Shown here in pieces: positions 37,706 through 51,383 of a DNA stretch of 64,000 bases. The translations under genes were made by a program, and so were the position numbers. The notes beneath the pieces are model-generated. The model was given only the letters and a program-made list of their open reading frames with translations, searched no databases and was not told the origin of the DNA. The stretch is from Camelus ferus. Taxonomy: Eukaryota. Location: positions 73,410,001 to 73,474,000 of the forward strand of contig NC_045696.1 in assembly GCF_009834535.1 (NCBI RefSeq), in the 5' to 3' direction. Every line of letters begins with the position of its first letter. Positions within the stretch are counted from its first letter, which is position 1.

Positions 37706-40046
37706 GATCATCTCAATATATGCAGACAAAGCATTTGATAAAATTCAACACCCATTTATGATAAACACTCTCACCAAAGTGGGTATAGAGGGAACATATC
37801 TCAACATCATAAACGCTATATATGACAAACTTACAGCCAGCACAGTACTCAATGGTGAAAAACTCAAAAGCTTCCCACTAAAATCTGGGACAAGACAAGG
37901 ATGCCCACTATCACCACTCCTATTCAACATAGTCTTGGAAGTCCTAGCCACAGCAATCAGGCAAGAGAGGGAAATGAAAGGGATCCAAATTGGAAAAGAA
38001 GAGGTAAAAATGTCACTATATGCCAACGACATGTTTCTATATACAGAAAACTCTAAAACATCCACACAAAAACTACTAGAGCTGATCGAAGAATTCAGCA
38101 AGGTAGCAGGTTACAAGATTAACGTTCAAAAATCAGTGGCATTTCTTTACACTAACAATGAATCAACAGAAAAAGAAAGTAAAGAAACAATCCCCTTTAA
38201 AATAGCACCCAAAGTAATAAAATATCTGGGAATAAATCTAACCAAGGAGGTGAAAGAATTATACACAGAAAACTATAAACCATTGATGAAGGAAATTAAA
38301 GAAGACTTTAAAAAATGGAAAGATATCCCATGCTCTTGGATTGGAAGAATCAATATTGTTAAAATGGTCACACTGCCCAAGGCAATCTACAGATTGAATG
38401 CAATCCCTATCCAATTACCAAGGACATATTTCACAGAACTAGAACAAATCATAATAAAATTATATGGAACCATCAAAGACCTAGAATTGCCAAAGCATTA
38501 CTGAAGAGAAAGAAAAGAGGCTGGAGGAATAACTCTGCCAGACTTCAGACAATACTATAGAGCTACAGTCATCAAGACAGCATGGTATCGGCACAAAAAC
38601 AGACATATAGACCAATGGAACAGAATAGAGAGCCCAGAAATGAATCCACAAACTTTTGGTCAACTCATCTTCAACAAAGGAGGCAAGAATATACAATGGA
38701 AGAAAGACAGTCTCTTCAGCAAATGGTGTTGGGAAAACTGGACAGCATTATGTAAAGCAACGAAGCTAGAATACTCCCTTACACCACACACAAAAATCAA
38801 CTCAAAATGGACCAAAGACTTAAACATAAGACAAGATACAATAAACCTCCCAGAAGAAAATATAGGCAAAACATACATCTCAAAAATGTTCTCCTACAAC
38901 AGTCTACTCAAGCAATAGAAATAAAAGCAAGAATAAACAAATGGGACCTAACGAAACTTACAAGCTTCTGCTACAGCAAAGGAAACCATAAGTAAAACAA
39001 AAAGACAACCTACGGAATGTGAGAAAATCTTTGCAAATGAAACCGAAAAAGGCTTGATCTCCAGGATATATAAGCAGTTCATACGACTTAATAAGAAACA
39101 ACAAAACAACCCAATCCAAAAATGGGCAAAAGACCTAAACAAGCAATTCTCCAAGGAAGACATACAAATGATCAATAGGCACATGAAAAAATGCTCAATA
39201 TCACTAATTATCAGAGAAATGCAAATCAAAACTACAATGAGGTATCACCTCACACCAGTCAGAATGGCCATCATTCAAAAGTCCACAAATGACAAACGCT
39301 GGAGAGGCTGTGGAGAAAGGGGAACCCTCCTACACTGCTGGTGGGAATGCAGTTTGGTGCAGCCACTGTGGAAAACAGTATGGAGATTCCTCAAAAGACT
39401 AGGAATAGACTTACCGTATGACCCAGGAACCCCGCTCCTGTGCATATATCCAGAAGGAACCCTACTTCAGGATGACACCTGCACCCCAATGTTCATAGCA
39501 GCACTATTTACAATAGTGTCTCCAAGACATGGAGACAGCCTAAATGTCCATCAACGGATGACTGGATAAAGAAGAGGTGGTATATTTATACAATGGAATA
39601 CTACTCAGCCATAAAACCCGACAACATAATGCCATTTGCAGCAACATGGATGCTCCTGGAGAATGTCATTCTAAGTGAAGTAAGCCAGAAAGAGAAAGAA
39701 AAATACCATATGAGATTGCTCATATGTGGAGTCTAAAAAACAAACAAAAAACAAAGCATAAATACAAAACAGAAACAGACTCATAGACATAGAATACAAA
39801 CTTGTGGTTGCCAAGGGGTCAGAGGGTGGGAAGGGATAGACGGGATTTCAAAACTGTAGAATAGATAAACAAGATTATACTGTATAGCACAGGAAATATA
39901 CACAAAATCTTATGGTAGCTCACAGAGAAAAAAATGTGACAATGAATATATATATGTTCATGTATAACTGAAAAATTGTGCTCTTCACTGGAATTTGACA
40001 TGACATTGTAAAATGATTATAAATCATTAAAAAATGTTTAAAAAAA
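37706..40046 (+). mobile_element. Young 5'-truncated LINE-1 (ORF2 RT and C-terminus, 3' UTR, short A tail)
   Basis: ORF2 translations at 37758-38504, 38640-38918 and 39054-39569. 13-bp TSD attagaaagagct at 37693-37705 and 40047-40059. Confidence 0.97.
37758..38504 (+). pseudogene. L1 ORF2p reverse-transcriptase fragment (non-functional)
   Basis: [21 protein letters not shown] and KYLGINLTK motifs; the catalytic YADD reads YAND; frameshift after 'IIIKL'. Confidence 0.93.
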
Positions 40047-40150
40047 ATTAGAAAGAGCTATAAAATAATTAATGTAGGCCAAATATAAAACTGGGTGGCA
40101 TCCAGAGGTCATAAGTTGTCTGTAATTGGAGAAGTTTAAATAAAGCCAGA

Positions 40151-40552
40151 ATTAGTTTGCTTAGGGCGTACATAATCAAATACCATAGGACTGGGTGGCT
40201 TAAATAACAGAAATTTATTTTCTCACAGGTAAGGAAGCTAGAAGTCCAAGATCCAGATGTCAGAATGACTGGTTTCTTCTGAGGCCTCTCTCCTTAGTCT
40301 GTAGGCGGCCATCTTGCTGAGTCCTCACATGGTCTTTCCTCTATGCACACAGAACCCTGTGTGCCTTTGTGAGTCTAAATCTCCTCTCCTTATAAGGACA
40401 CCAGGCACATTAGAAGGGCCCGGCTCTAATGGCCTCATTTTAACTTAATCACCTCTTTAATGGCCCTCTCTCCAAATACACCCTCATTCTGAGGTGCTGG
40501 GGGTTAGGGCTTCAATGTACATATTTGGGGGGACACTATTGAGCCCATAACA
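40151..40552 (-). mobile_element. MLT1 (ERVL-MaLR) solo LTR, MLT1B-like
   Basis: 'ctgggtggcttaaataacagaaatttattttctcacag...ccttataaggacaccag...gagcccataaca'. Confidence 0.9.
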
Positions 40553-41557
40553 CCAACCTTTTCAAGATGTAAAAGAGATCCTACAGCAGGTGATGGGGGA
40601 AGGAGCTATGCTATATATTACCAAGGATCTACCTTCCGATTCTTAGTTCGGAAACTTGGGGGATGTTAACATAAGTAAAATCTCATTTATCTAAGGTCTC
40701 ATTCTCTAGATCTCTTTCAGCAAATGATCTGCCATTCACGGTGAGACTGCTCCATTTTTTGTCCCAGGTAAATAGCATTAGCTAAGTGTAAGACAGTCTG
40801 CTTTAAACTACTATTTTTTTTTTATACAAATAGTATTAACATAATTTCAGTGATATTATTTTAAATTTTCTAGTTATTACATAAAATTTTCATTATATCA
40901 AGATTTTTAAAATAAAGAAAAATAATTGTCCACCATTCTGTCACCTGTACCAATGAAAGTCTTCATTTTGTATTTTCTTCTCATTCTCTGTAAGCCATGT
41001 ATAACACTGAGAACAGACTTCGTGACAGAACTGAGTATGAAGGAACTCAAGACCTTTTACAAAGGAAGCAGCCATCGGAATTGGGAGGGATTTCAATGAG
41101 ATGGAAAGGAGAGGAGAAAGTCTAGAAATGAGTCAAAAGTCTTAAATCTGGATGCAAGTGCTTTAACATTCAACAAATATTTATCAAAAGCCAAAAGAAC
41201 TGAAATGAATACCAGTTAGGAGAGGCAACGTTTATGATTTGAGCATTGCCATGTTCGAATATAAGCAAATCTCCCCCCTAAATTTTCCCCTTAGGCAGGT
41301 GGCTCTGCATACCTGGGGTTAGGATTAAACAACCATAGACCATTCTGAGAGAGCATCTAAAGGGGTCATCTTACTGCTGCTCTCCTAATGCTCTGGATGT
41401 ATTTAGCAACAACTAAACTCTTACAACCAAACATTTAAATTGTATTACACCCTCAGTATTGTTGCTAGCAAGTATCATCTATTTTGTCCTTGCAGAAGTG
41501 AAATTCCTAAAACTATATCCCTCTGTCAACAAACCATGGTCTTGATCTCTAAAATGG

Positions 41558-41588
<31 letters not shown>

Positions 41589-41654
41589 TGCCTGCTGGTC
41601 AGAGCTCCCACAAGGATTAGATGAGATAATATAACCTAAAGTTCTTTGTAGACT

Positions 41655-41865
41655 CAAGTCAGACTTCTGGGTTCAAATCCTGGCTTTGCAGCTTTTTAGC
41701 TTTGTAATTTTAGGCAAGTCACCTAACCTCACAGTGCTCAAATACAGATAATAATTGGACCAACACTCAGAGATTGCTGTAAGGAATAAATAATAGGATT
41801 ACATGTGAAGCACTTAGAACAATATTGAACATGTAGTAAATTACCCATAAAATATTAGTTATTAT
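41655..41865 (+). mobile_element. MIR SINE
   Basis: 'agtcagacttctgggttcaaatcctggctttgc...ggcaagtcacctaacctc'. Confidence 0.8.
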
Positions 41866-42729
41866 TTAACTTAAATTTTAGTTTACAGATAAGATAGATT
41901 AGACAGAGATGGATAATTGGATAGATGATAGTGATGTGCACACTGTGTATATATGTATACACACACTCAAGATGTATATATAGTGTAGTGTGTGTACATA
42001 TACATACATACGTTGTGTATATAAAGTAATAAGTGAAAATGTATGCGTAGAACCAAGTAAGTACCTGGGTGGGTACACTAGATAGAACCTCAATATCTGA
42101 CAGATGCAGGCAACCATTTTAGTATATGAGCATCTGGTCTAGCCAACAGTTTTGTTTTCTTGCCTCTTGTTCCTCTAAAACGTGAATTTCTTAAGGGTAG
42201 GGATCATATCTAATTCACTATTTAATAATCATCAATGACCAGCACATTACTGACACATACACAAATCTAATATTTATTGAATGAATCCAAGAACAAATGA
42301 ATGTAAGAAAAGATAAGAAGCATATTCTGGAAACAGAATAACACTGTGTGCCCAGAGTGGGAAATTCAGATGATAATAACTGTAGTTACTACCTATTAAA
42401 CTTTCAAACAAATGCAACTGTACCAGCAAAAAACTAGATTTTTGACTGTAGGAAATGAAAGTAGAAGAGAAAAAAGAAAAAACATTTTTTCAAAGAGAGA
42501 TATTTGTTCTAGCATAAATGATCTCCTAATCCCTGGACCATGGCTCTCAGCATCGCCAGCAGCTCTCTGCCCAGCCGTTTGTGAGCACTGAGGAATCTCC
42601 TCACTGTAGACGAACTCTAGAACTCAGCCTCCATGCAAGTCACGGGGCTCCCAGACTTTCTCTTCACCAAATGAACAACAAAACAAAACTTTTTTATTTG
42701 GAAACCTTTAGTTAACCCTGTCATATCTA

Positions 42730-43140
42730 AAGGGAAAGTCAACTAATATTCTTCTTTGTAAAGTCTCTTGGAGAGGCTGTATCACAGCCTCTAATGTTAA
42801 TAGTCCTCATTGTCAGGAAGTGATTCTGTTCCTTCAATAAAGCACTACTGATCCCTTTGGGATGAAGTTACAGAGCAACAAGTCATTCTGTTCTTTGTAA
42901 AGAGTTCACTTTTTTTTATTTCTTAAACATTTTAAAATATTTACTCTGTTCTCTTCATGTTAAATAGCAACAGTTCCTCCTACCATTCCTCTGAGGTTTG
43001 TTTTCTTTTATGTTGCTGTATCTCTCCTACATGCCTTTCCAATATCCTTTCCAAATCTATGTGTCATAAGGTGAGCCACTATGTCTTGTTGTTCCTTCTG
43101 ACCTTTTTTAGTCCAGGGCTCATCTTTCAATTGGACTGCA
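42730..43140 (-). mobile_element. CR1/L3 LINE fragment
   Basis: 'cctcattgtcaggaagt...gttacagagcaacaagtc...gttaaatagcaacagttcctcctaccattcctc'. Confidence 0.5.
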
Positions 43141-44929
43141 TCTAAGGTACTTTGTGAGAATGAGGAAAAGATGCTGCCCTCTGGGCAGACCATTAAAAAA
43201 ATGTCCCCCTCTGGAAAGGCCAATTAGAAAAGGGCCCTTTGGAGTGAATAAAAAAGTGCTTCCTCCTTATCCCTTGGTCAGGCACCTTTATACACTGAAC
43301 AAACTGAGCAACTACACTGGCAGCCTTGCCTTTGAGGCACCTGTGTTTAGAGAACACGATTTGTTATACAGTATCTATGTATCACAGAGCATCCCTTTCC
43401 AGGTGTTTTCTCTATTTTTCTTAAGTGTAACCCAGTGTCCAAGATGGTGGAATAGGAAGACCCTGAGCTCACCTCCTCCCTTAGGCACAACAAAATCACA
43501 ACTATTTACAGAGCAACTATTGGTAAGAAACACCAGAAGACTAGCAGAAAAAAATCTTCTACAACTAAAGATACAATGATGGAAACACAAAAAAGATGCA
43601 TAGGAGGGGCAGAGACATGACATGGTCAAGATCCATACCCTGGGGTGGGCAACCCTCAAATGGGAGAGTAATTACAATTTCAGAGGTTCTCCCCAAGAAT
43701 CAAGGGATCCAAGCCCCACATTGGGCTCCCCAGCCAAGGCAGGGGTCCTGCAACAGGAACATCTGGCTTTGAAGGACAGTGGGGCTTATTTTCTGAAGAC
43801 TCAGGGGACTGTGGGAAATAGACTCCACTCTTAAAGGACGCATGCAAAATCTCACCCTCCAGGACCTAGGGCAGAAGCAGTAATCTGAACGGAGCCTTGG
43901 TAAGATCTATGTGCCAGGCTTAGAGAGGCTCCTGGAGAGGCAGGAGGCAACTCGAGCTCACCATGAGGACACAGACACTGTTGGCAGCCATTTCTAGAAG
44001 CTTGTTCTATCACAAGGACACTGGTGCTAGCAAATGCCATTTTGGAATCCTCCCTTTAGCTTATTAGCACCAGGACCTGGCTCTGCCCACCAGCCTATTA
44101 ACACCAGTACTGGGATGCCTCAAGCCAAGCAACTAGGCAGGTGGATTCTTGGCCTCACCCACCAGTAGGCTGACACCAGATATGGAACCCCCAGGCTCTG
44201 CCTATCAGTGGACAAGTACCAGCCCCAGTACCAGTTTCACCAGGGTGCAAGCACCAGCCCAGGGATACACTAGAACCCAACCCTGCCAACTAGCAGGTGG
44301 ATACCACCTCAAGGACCATTGTAGCTCAATAGTCTACAATGTCAGAACACAACTCACCTACCAGCAGGCCACTACCATCTCCTAGATAACTTGGATGACT
44401 TGGCCAGCCAGCCTGGATTCAGCCCCACACACCAGCAAGCTGACACCAGCTTTAGGACACCACAGACCCTGAGGTTAGCCATGTCAAGAACCAGACTCAT
44501 CCACCAGCAGACTGGTACTAGATTTGGGACCCTTGATTCCACAATTATCCACCCTGAAACCTGGCTCTGCCCACTAGTGGGCTAGCACTAGCCCCAGAAC
44601 CCCTGAAGGCTCTGCAGCCAGCCTCCTCATGACCCAACCCCACACACCAGAGGCTGGCATCCTCTACACCAGGCAGGGCCTGACAACCATCCAGACCATG
44701 GGCCAGCCACACCCGTTAGACCACTGAAAGTACTCAACTCAGTAGTGAACTCACCATAACAGAAGGATCCAGGCCACCCCTAAAGCATATAGCTCTGGTG
44801 ACCAGAGGGAATGTGTGCTGCTGGAACACAAAGGATGTCTCCTACAAAAGGCATTTCCTACAAAAGGCTACTTCTCCAAGGCTAGAAAACAACCAACCAA
44901 CCAAACACATTGAAATAAAAATAGCAAAG

Positions 44930-45880
44930 TAGGCAAAATACAGTGACAGAGAACTATATTGCAAATGAAGGAACACGATAAAGCCCAAGAAAAACGAAGT
45001 AAAGTGAACATAAACAAACCACCTAATAAAGAGTTCAAAGTAATGATCTTAATGATGCTCAAAGAACTCAGGAGAAAGATGGATGAACAGAGCGAGAAGT
45101 TGGAAGTTTTTAACAAAGAGTTTGAAAATATAAAGAAAGAATCAAACAAATAAAGAATACAATGACTGAAGTGAAAAATACACTAGGAGGAATCAAAAGT
45201 AAAGTAGATGACACAAAGGAATGGATGAGTGAGCTGGAAGATAGAGTAATGGAAGTCACAGAAGCTGAAGAAAAAAAAGAATAAAAAGAAATGGGGACAG
45301 CTTAAGAAACTTCAGAGACAACAGTGACTACACTAATATTTGCATTATAGTGGTCTCAGAAGGAAAATAGAGAGAAAAAGGGGCTCAGAACATATCTGAA
45401 GACATAATAGCTAAAAACTTCCCCAACCTAGGAAAGAAAACAAGCTAAGAACTTCCCTAACATAGGAAAGAAAACAGACATCCAGGTCCAGGTATCACAG
45501 AGATTCCTACACAAGATAAATCCAAAGAAGAACACACTGAGACACTATATTAAAATGGCAAAAATTAAAGAGACTATTAAAGCAGCAAGGGAAAAGCAAG
45601 AAGTTACTTACAAAGGGAGTCTCATAAAGCTATCCGTTGACTTTTCAGTAGAAACTCTGCAGGCCAGAAGGGAGTAGCACAATATATTAAAAGTGATAAA
45701 AGGGAAAAACCTACAACAAAGAAAACTCTACCCAGCAAGACTTTCATTCAGATTTGATGGCAAGATCAAAAGTTTTACAGATAAGCAAAAGCTAAGAGAG
45801 TTCAGCACCACCAAACCAGCTTTAGAAGAGATGTTAAAGGGCTTCTCTAAGCGAAGAAGGAAAGGCCACAACTGGAAATA
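44930..45880 (+). pseudogene. L1 ORF1p remnant
   Basis: Track ORFs 44959-45153 (KEFKVMILMMLKEL) and 45693-46004 match the ORF1p N- and C-terminal regions. Confidence 0.85.
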
Positions 45881-46789
45881 TGAAAATTATAAAAGGAAAA
45901 GCCTCATTGGGAATGTAAAAAATACAGTAAAAGTAGTAGATCAACCACTCAAAGCTAGGAAGATTAAAAGACAATGTAGTAAAATAATACATATCCCTGG
46001 TTAATATTTAAGGGGTACACAAAAAGATATAAAATATGATGTCAAAACAGTAAAGTAGGGGAATGCAGCATTGCTAAAATGTGTTTGAACTTAAGAAATC
46101 AGCATCATAAAATATTCACATAAGTATAGATTACATACACACACATACACCTCATGGTAACCACAAACCAAAAATCTAGGACAGATACACAAAAAAGAGA
46201 AAGGAATCCAAATATAACACTAAAGATAGTAATCAAATCACAAGGGAAGAGAGCAAAAGAAGAAAGAAACAACTAAAAAAACTCAAAATAAATTTTTAAA
46301 ATGGCAATAAGAACATACTTATCAATAATTGTTTTAAATGTAAATGTGCTAAATGCACAATCAAAAGACAGAGTAGCTGAATGGATACAAAAACAAGACC
46401 CATATACATGCTGTCTATGAGACACTTCAGATCTAAAGGCTCAGATTGAAAGTAAGGGAATGGAAAAAGGAAATAAAAAGAAAGCAGTGTAGCAATACTT
46501 GTATCATACACAATAGACTTTAAGACAAAAACTGTAACAAGAGACAAAGAAAGACATTAATGATAATCAAGGGATCAATCTAAGAAGATATAACAATTGT
46601 AAATGTATATGCACCCAACAAAGGAGCAGGTAAGTATATAAAGCAAATATTATCAGACATAAAGGAAGAAATTGAAACTAATATAATAATAGGGGACTTT
46701 AATATCCCACTTACATCAATTGACAGATCATCCAGACAGAAATCAATATGGAAACACAGGCCTTAAATGACACATTAGATCAGAGTTAA

Positions 46790-46858
46790 CATACATATAT
46801 ATATACACACACACACATATATATAATTTATTTATATATATATATTTATATATATATA
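46790..46858. repeat. (TA)n/(CA)n low-complexity expansion inside L1 ORF2
   Basis: Seen directly. Confidence 0.85.
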
Positions 46859-47971
46859 AAAAAATTCCATCCAAAAATCAGCCAAATACACTTTTTTTTT
46901 TCAAGTGCACATGGAACATTTTCCAGGATAGATCACATACTAGCCCTCAAAGCAAGTCTCAGTAAATTTAAGAAGATTGAAATCATATCAAGCATCTTTC
47001 CTGACCACAATGCCATGAGATTAGAAACTAATGACAAGAAAAAACCTCTGAAAGCCACAAGTATGGGGAGGCTAAACAATATGCCACTAAACAACAAATG
47101 GAACACTGAAGAAATAAAAAAATAACTGGAGACAACAACAACAACAACAACAACAATGATCCAAAATCTGTGGGACACAGTAAAGCAGTTCTAAGAGGGA
47201 AGTTTATAGCAATACAAGCTTACCTCAGGAAACAAGAAAAATCTCAAATAAACAACCTAACCTTGTACCTAAAGGAACTAGAAAAGGAAGAACCAAAAAA
47301 AAAAAAAAAAAAAAAAAACCCTCAACATTAGTAAAAGGAAAGAAATCATAAAGATCAGAGCAGAAATAAATAAAATAGAAACAAAAGAAGTAGGAAAAAT
47401 CAATGAAATTAAGAGATGATTTATTAAAAAGATAAACAAAATTGATAAACTTTTAACTAGATGCATCAAGCCCAAAATCAATAAAATGAGAAATGAAAAG
47501 TTATAGCCAACAACACAGAAAGACAAAGGATCGCAAGAGATTACTACAAAAAAAAGTATATGCCAATAAAATGGACAACCTAGAAAAAATGGACAATTCA
47601 TAATCTCCTAATACTGAACCAGAAAGAAATAGAAAATATAAACAAACCAACCACCAGTAATGAAATTGAATTAGTAATATTAAAAAACACTCCCAACAAA
47701 CCAAAGATCGGATGACTTCACAGGTAAATATTACCAAACATTTGGAGAAAAGTTAACACCTCTCCTTCTCAAACTATTCCAAAAAAATTGTAGAGGATGA
47801 AATGCTTCCAAACTCACTCTACAAGGCCAGCATCATCTTGATACCAAAACCAGACAAAGATACCATGAAAAAAGAAAATTACAGGCCAATATCACTAATG
47901 AATACAGATGGAAAAATCCTCAACAAATTATTAGCCAACTAAACTCAACAATACATAAAAAAGGATCATAC

Positions 47972-48144
47972 TTGTATAGCACAGGGAACTGTATTCTTGT
48001 AATAACCTATAATGGAAAAGAATCTGAAAAAGAAAAAAAATCATATATATATATAAAACACTGAATCACTTTGCTGTACATCTGGAAGTAACACAATATT
48101 GTAAATCAACTATACTTCAATTACCAAATTAACATACATTTTTT
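47972..48144 (+). mobile_element. Short L1 3' end nested in the ORF2 of the older L1
   Basis: 'tgtatagcacagggaact...ttgtaaatcaactatacttcaa'. 14-bp TSD aaaaaggatcatac at 47958-47971 and 48145-48158. Confidence 0.9.
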
Positions 48145-49865
48145 AAAAAGGATCATACACCACAATCAATGGAATTTATCCTAGGGATGCAATGATGTTT
48201 CAATATCTGCAAATCAATGTGATGCACCACATTAACAAACTGATGGATAAAAGTCATATGATCATCTCAATAGATACAGAAAACCTTTTGACAAAATTCA
48301 ACATCTATCCATGATAAATATTCTTTAACTCGGTATAGAAAGAACATACTTCAACATAACAAAAGTCACAAATAATAATCCCACAACTAATATCATACTC
48401 AATTATGAAAAGCTGAAAGCATTTACTCTAAGATCAGGAACAAGACAAGGATGCCTATTCTCACTACTTTTCTCAACATAGTATTGGAAGCACTAGCCAC
48501 AGCAATCAGACAAGAAATAAAAGAAACCCAAATTGGAAAGGAAGAAGTAAAACAGTCACTATTTGTAGAAGACATGATACTATAGACAGAAAATCCTAAA
48601 GACACCACCAAAAAACTACTGGAACTTGTCAATGATTCAGTAAAGCTGTAAGATATAAGATTAATAACAAAAACCTGTTGCATTTCTATACACTAACAAC
48701 AAACTACCAGAAAGAGAAATTAAGAAAACAATCCCATTTACAACTGCATCAAAAAGAATAAAATACCTAGGAATAAATCTAACCGAGGTGGTAAAAGACC
48801 TGTACTTGGAAAACTATAAGACACTGATGAAAGAAACTGAGGACAACACAAAGAGATAAAAAGGTTTACTGTGCTCATGGATTAGAACAATTAATATTGT
48901 TAAAATGAACACACTACCTAAGGCAATCTTCAAATTCAATGCAGTCACTATCAAAATACCCATAACATTTTTCACTGAACCAGGACAAATAGTTCTGAAA
49001 TTTGTATGGGAATAGAAAAGACTCTGAACAGTCAAAACAATCTTGAGGAAGAAGAACAAAGCTGGAGGTATCACACGTTCTGATTTCAACTATACTACAA
49101 AGTTACAGTCATCAAAATAATACGGTACTAGCACAAAAAGACACTATAGATCAATGGAACAGAGTAGACAGCCCAGAAATGAATCCACCCTTATATGCGC
49201 AATTAATCTATGACAAAATAGGCAAGAATATACAATGGAGAAAAGAGCCAGTGTCCTTAATAAACGGTGTTGGCAAAACTGGACAGCTACAAGCAAAAAA
49301 CTAAACTCGATTACTCTCTCACACCATACACAGAAACAAATTCAAAATGGTTAAAGACTTAAAAGACCTGAAACCATGAGACTTCTAGAAGAAAACACAG
49401 GCAGTTATGTTCTTTGACATCAGTCTTAGTAGTATTTTGGGGGGTATATCTCCTCAGGTAAGGGAAACAAAAAATTTTTAAATGGGACTATATCAAACTA
49501 AAAAGCCTTTACATAGTGAAGGCAACTATCAACAAAATGAAAAGGCCATCTACTGAATGGGAGAAGATACTTGTAACAATATATCTGATAAGGGATTAAT
49601 ATCTGAGATATACAAAGAACTCATACAACTTAACATCAGTAAATAAACAATCTGATCAAAAAATGGGCAGGGCATCTGAATACATTTTTCCAAAGAAGTC
49701 ATACATAAGGCCACAGGCACGTTAAAAGATGCTCAACATCACTAATCATCAGGAAAATGCAAATCAAAGCCACAATGAGATATCACCTCACACCTGTCAG
49801 AAGGGCTATTATCATTAACACACACAAAAAAGTGATGGTGAGGATATGGAGAAAAGGGATCCCTC

Positions 49866-51126
49866 AAGGTAAACGTACATTGTCATTTAAATAACAATAC
49901 TAAATCTAGTATATGTTAATATAAATAACATTTTATGAAGCATAACTGTATTTTCCAAAAAAATAGCAAGAAGAGTGACACTGCTTTCCATTTTCATAAA
50001 TCTTTAATATCTAGCTTAATAGAAAATAGATTCTCCTATTTGTTCCCACATTCTATTTATTGTTGGTATGTTGTTTTGGTAGAAGAATATCAAGAAAATC
50101 CAGCCTCATAGACATAGTTAGAAAGGGAAGAGTATTTTAATAACCTATTTAGATAAATGAATATTTTTGATGCTATACCAAAACTCAATGGGTGGTAGTT
50201 TCTGAAAGGAGAGTTGCAATATAGCATTTGAAACCATATTAATGAACTTTTGACTCTGTTACATTAAAATCCATTGATTTACCTTACACTTTTACCGATG
50301 CATTATTTTGTAACATTCTGCATTGGCCACTTGGAAAGCAGTACCTTCTAAGTACTGATTTAGGCAGATCTTCAAAATACTGGCATGTTTTATTACACAA
50401 CAGCAAACAATCACATTGGTGACGATCATTGCTCAGCCCCTTTTGGGGAAGATTTCAAGATCACGGTATTGGGAAATACAAGTTTTCCAAGTTTCTAACT
50501 TTCTTTTGAAAACTCAAATTCTATTATTGGCAACAAATACCACCCATTATTTTTCTTGAAGTGACAAGATTATTTTGTTCATTTTTGAAAGAATGTCTGC
50601 CAAATAGCCACATCAGAATGACTATCCTTTGTAAGTCTTTCTTTCAAGTAAAAATGGTATTCTGTGGGAGAAAAACAGAAATTTCAGTTTATAACTCAAA
50701 TTGCACAAGTGCTTTTCCTTGAGACACCATTGTACTTGGTATGCTGCAGAAGCATTTTATGCACTTTTCATTTTGTCACGGATAAAAAAAAAAGTTGTGC
50801 ATTCAAATAATAATTAACAACTTGTACTGTCATTAAAGACTAAGTGAAACTGGCTTTATTGTTTGTACATTTATATACAAAATTATAATTATATGTGTAT
50901 GGTGGTTAAGAATACAGTGACTACAGGTAGAGTTTGGTGCCACTACACTGATTAGTGTTAAGGCACCAGCAATTTGTCCCATGGCTGCTTTTGCATGCTC
51001 AGTGCAAATATTAACGCAGTGAAAAGGTGAATACCATCTTAGTATCATAAAAATAATATTGACTCAGAACTCCTGAAAATCTTGGGAGACTTCTGGGGTC
51101 AAAGGACCACATTTGAAGAACCACTG
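49866..51126 (-). mobile_element. Charlie1/Charlie1a hAT DNA transposon, one end missing
   Basis: 'gaaaatccagcctcatagacatagttagaaagggaag', 'cttgagacaccattgtacttggtatgctgcagaag' and the terminal 'ggaccacatttgaagaaccactg'. Confidence 0.85.
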
Positions 51127-51169
51127 CCCTAAATACTTAATGATGAGTTCTTAAAAATAGGGCAGTCAG

Positions 51170-51337
51170 GTTTTCTCCTTCAGGTAGGATACTGGATGAT
51201 TTCTCTCTTGAGAAACTGTCCAGCTTAAGGATCAAAAGCCTATGGGTAATGACATCTAAGGGTTTACCAATGAAAGAGCCAATGGGTCCTATCAATGTAA
51301 AATCCTATTCTGCCCCTGCTACACACACATACCAGGC

Positions 51338-51383
<46 letters not shown>

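Larger units (their letters stand above)
43435..49865 (+). mobile_element. Decayed near-full-length LINE-1 (5' UTR, ORF1, ORF2; 3' end missing)
   Basis: Starts 'caagatggtggaataggaagaccctgagctcacc'. ORF1 remnants (LYPARLSFRFDGKIKSFTDKQKLREFSTTKPAL); ORF2 starts 'atggcaataagaacatacttatcaataatt' at 46301; many stops and frameshifts. Confidence 0.95.

Noticed and set aside
37758..38504. 248-aa reverse transcriptase ORF as a functional or novel RT system
   Set aside because: Ordinary L1 ORF2 fragment: 5'-truncated, frameshifted, with a catalytic Asp changed to Asn.
43154..43579. 141-aa ORF with CPLGRP/CPPLERP repeats
   Set aside because: It runs from short DNA repeats ('ccctctgg', probably an old transposon relic) into the L1 5' UTR; no recognisable protein or splice context.
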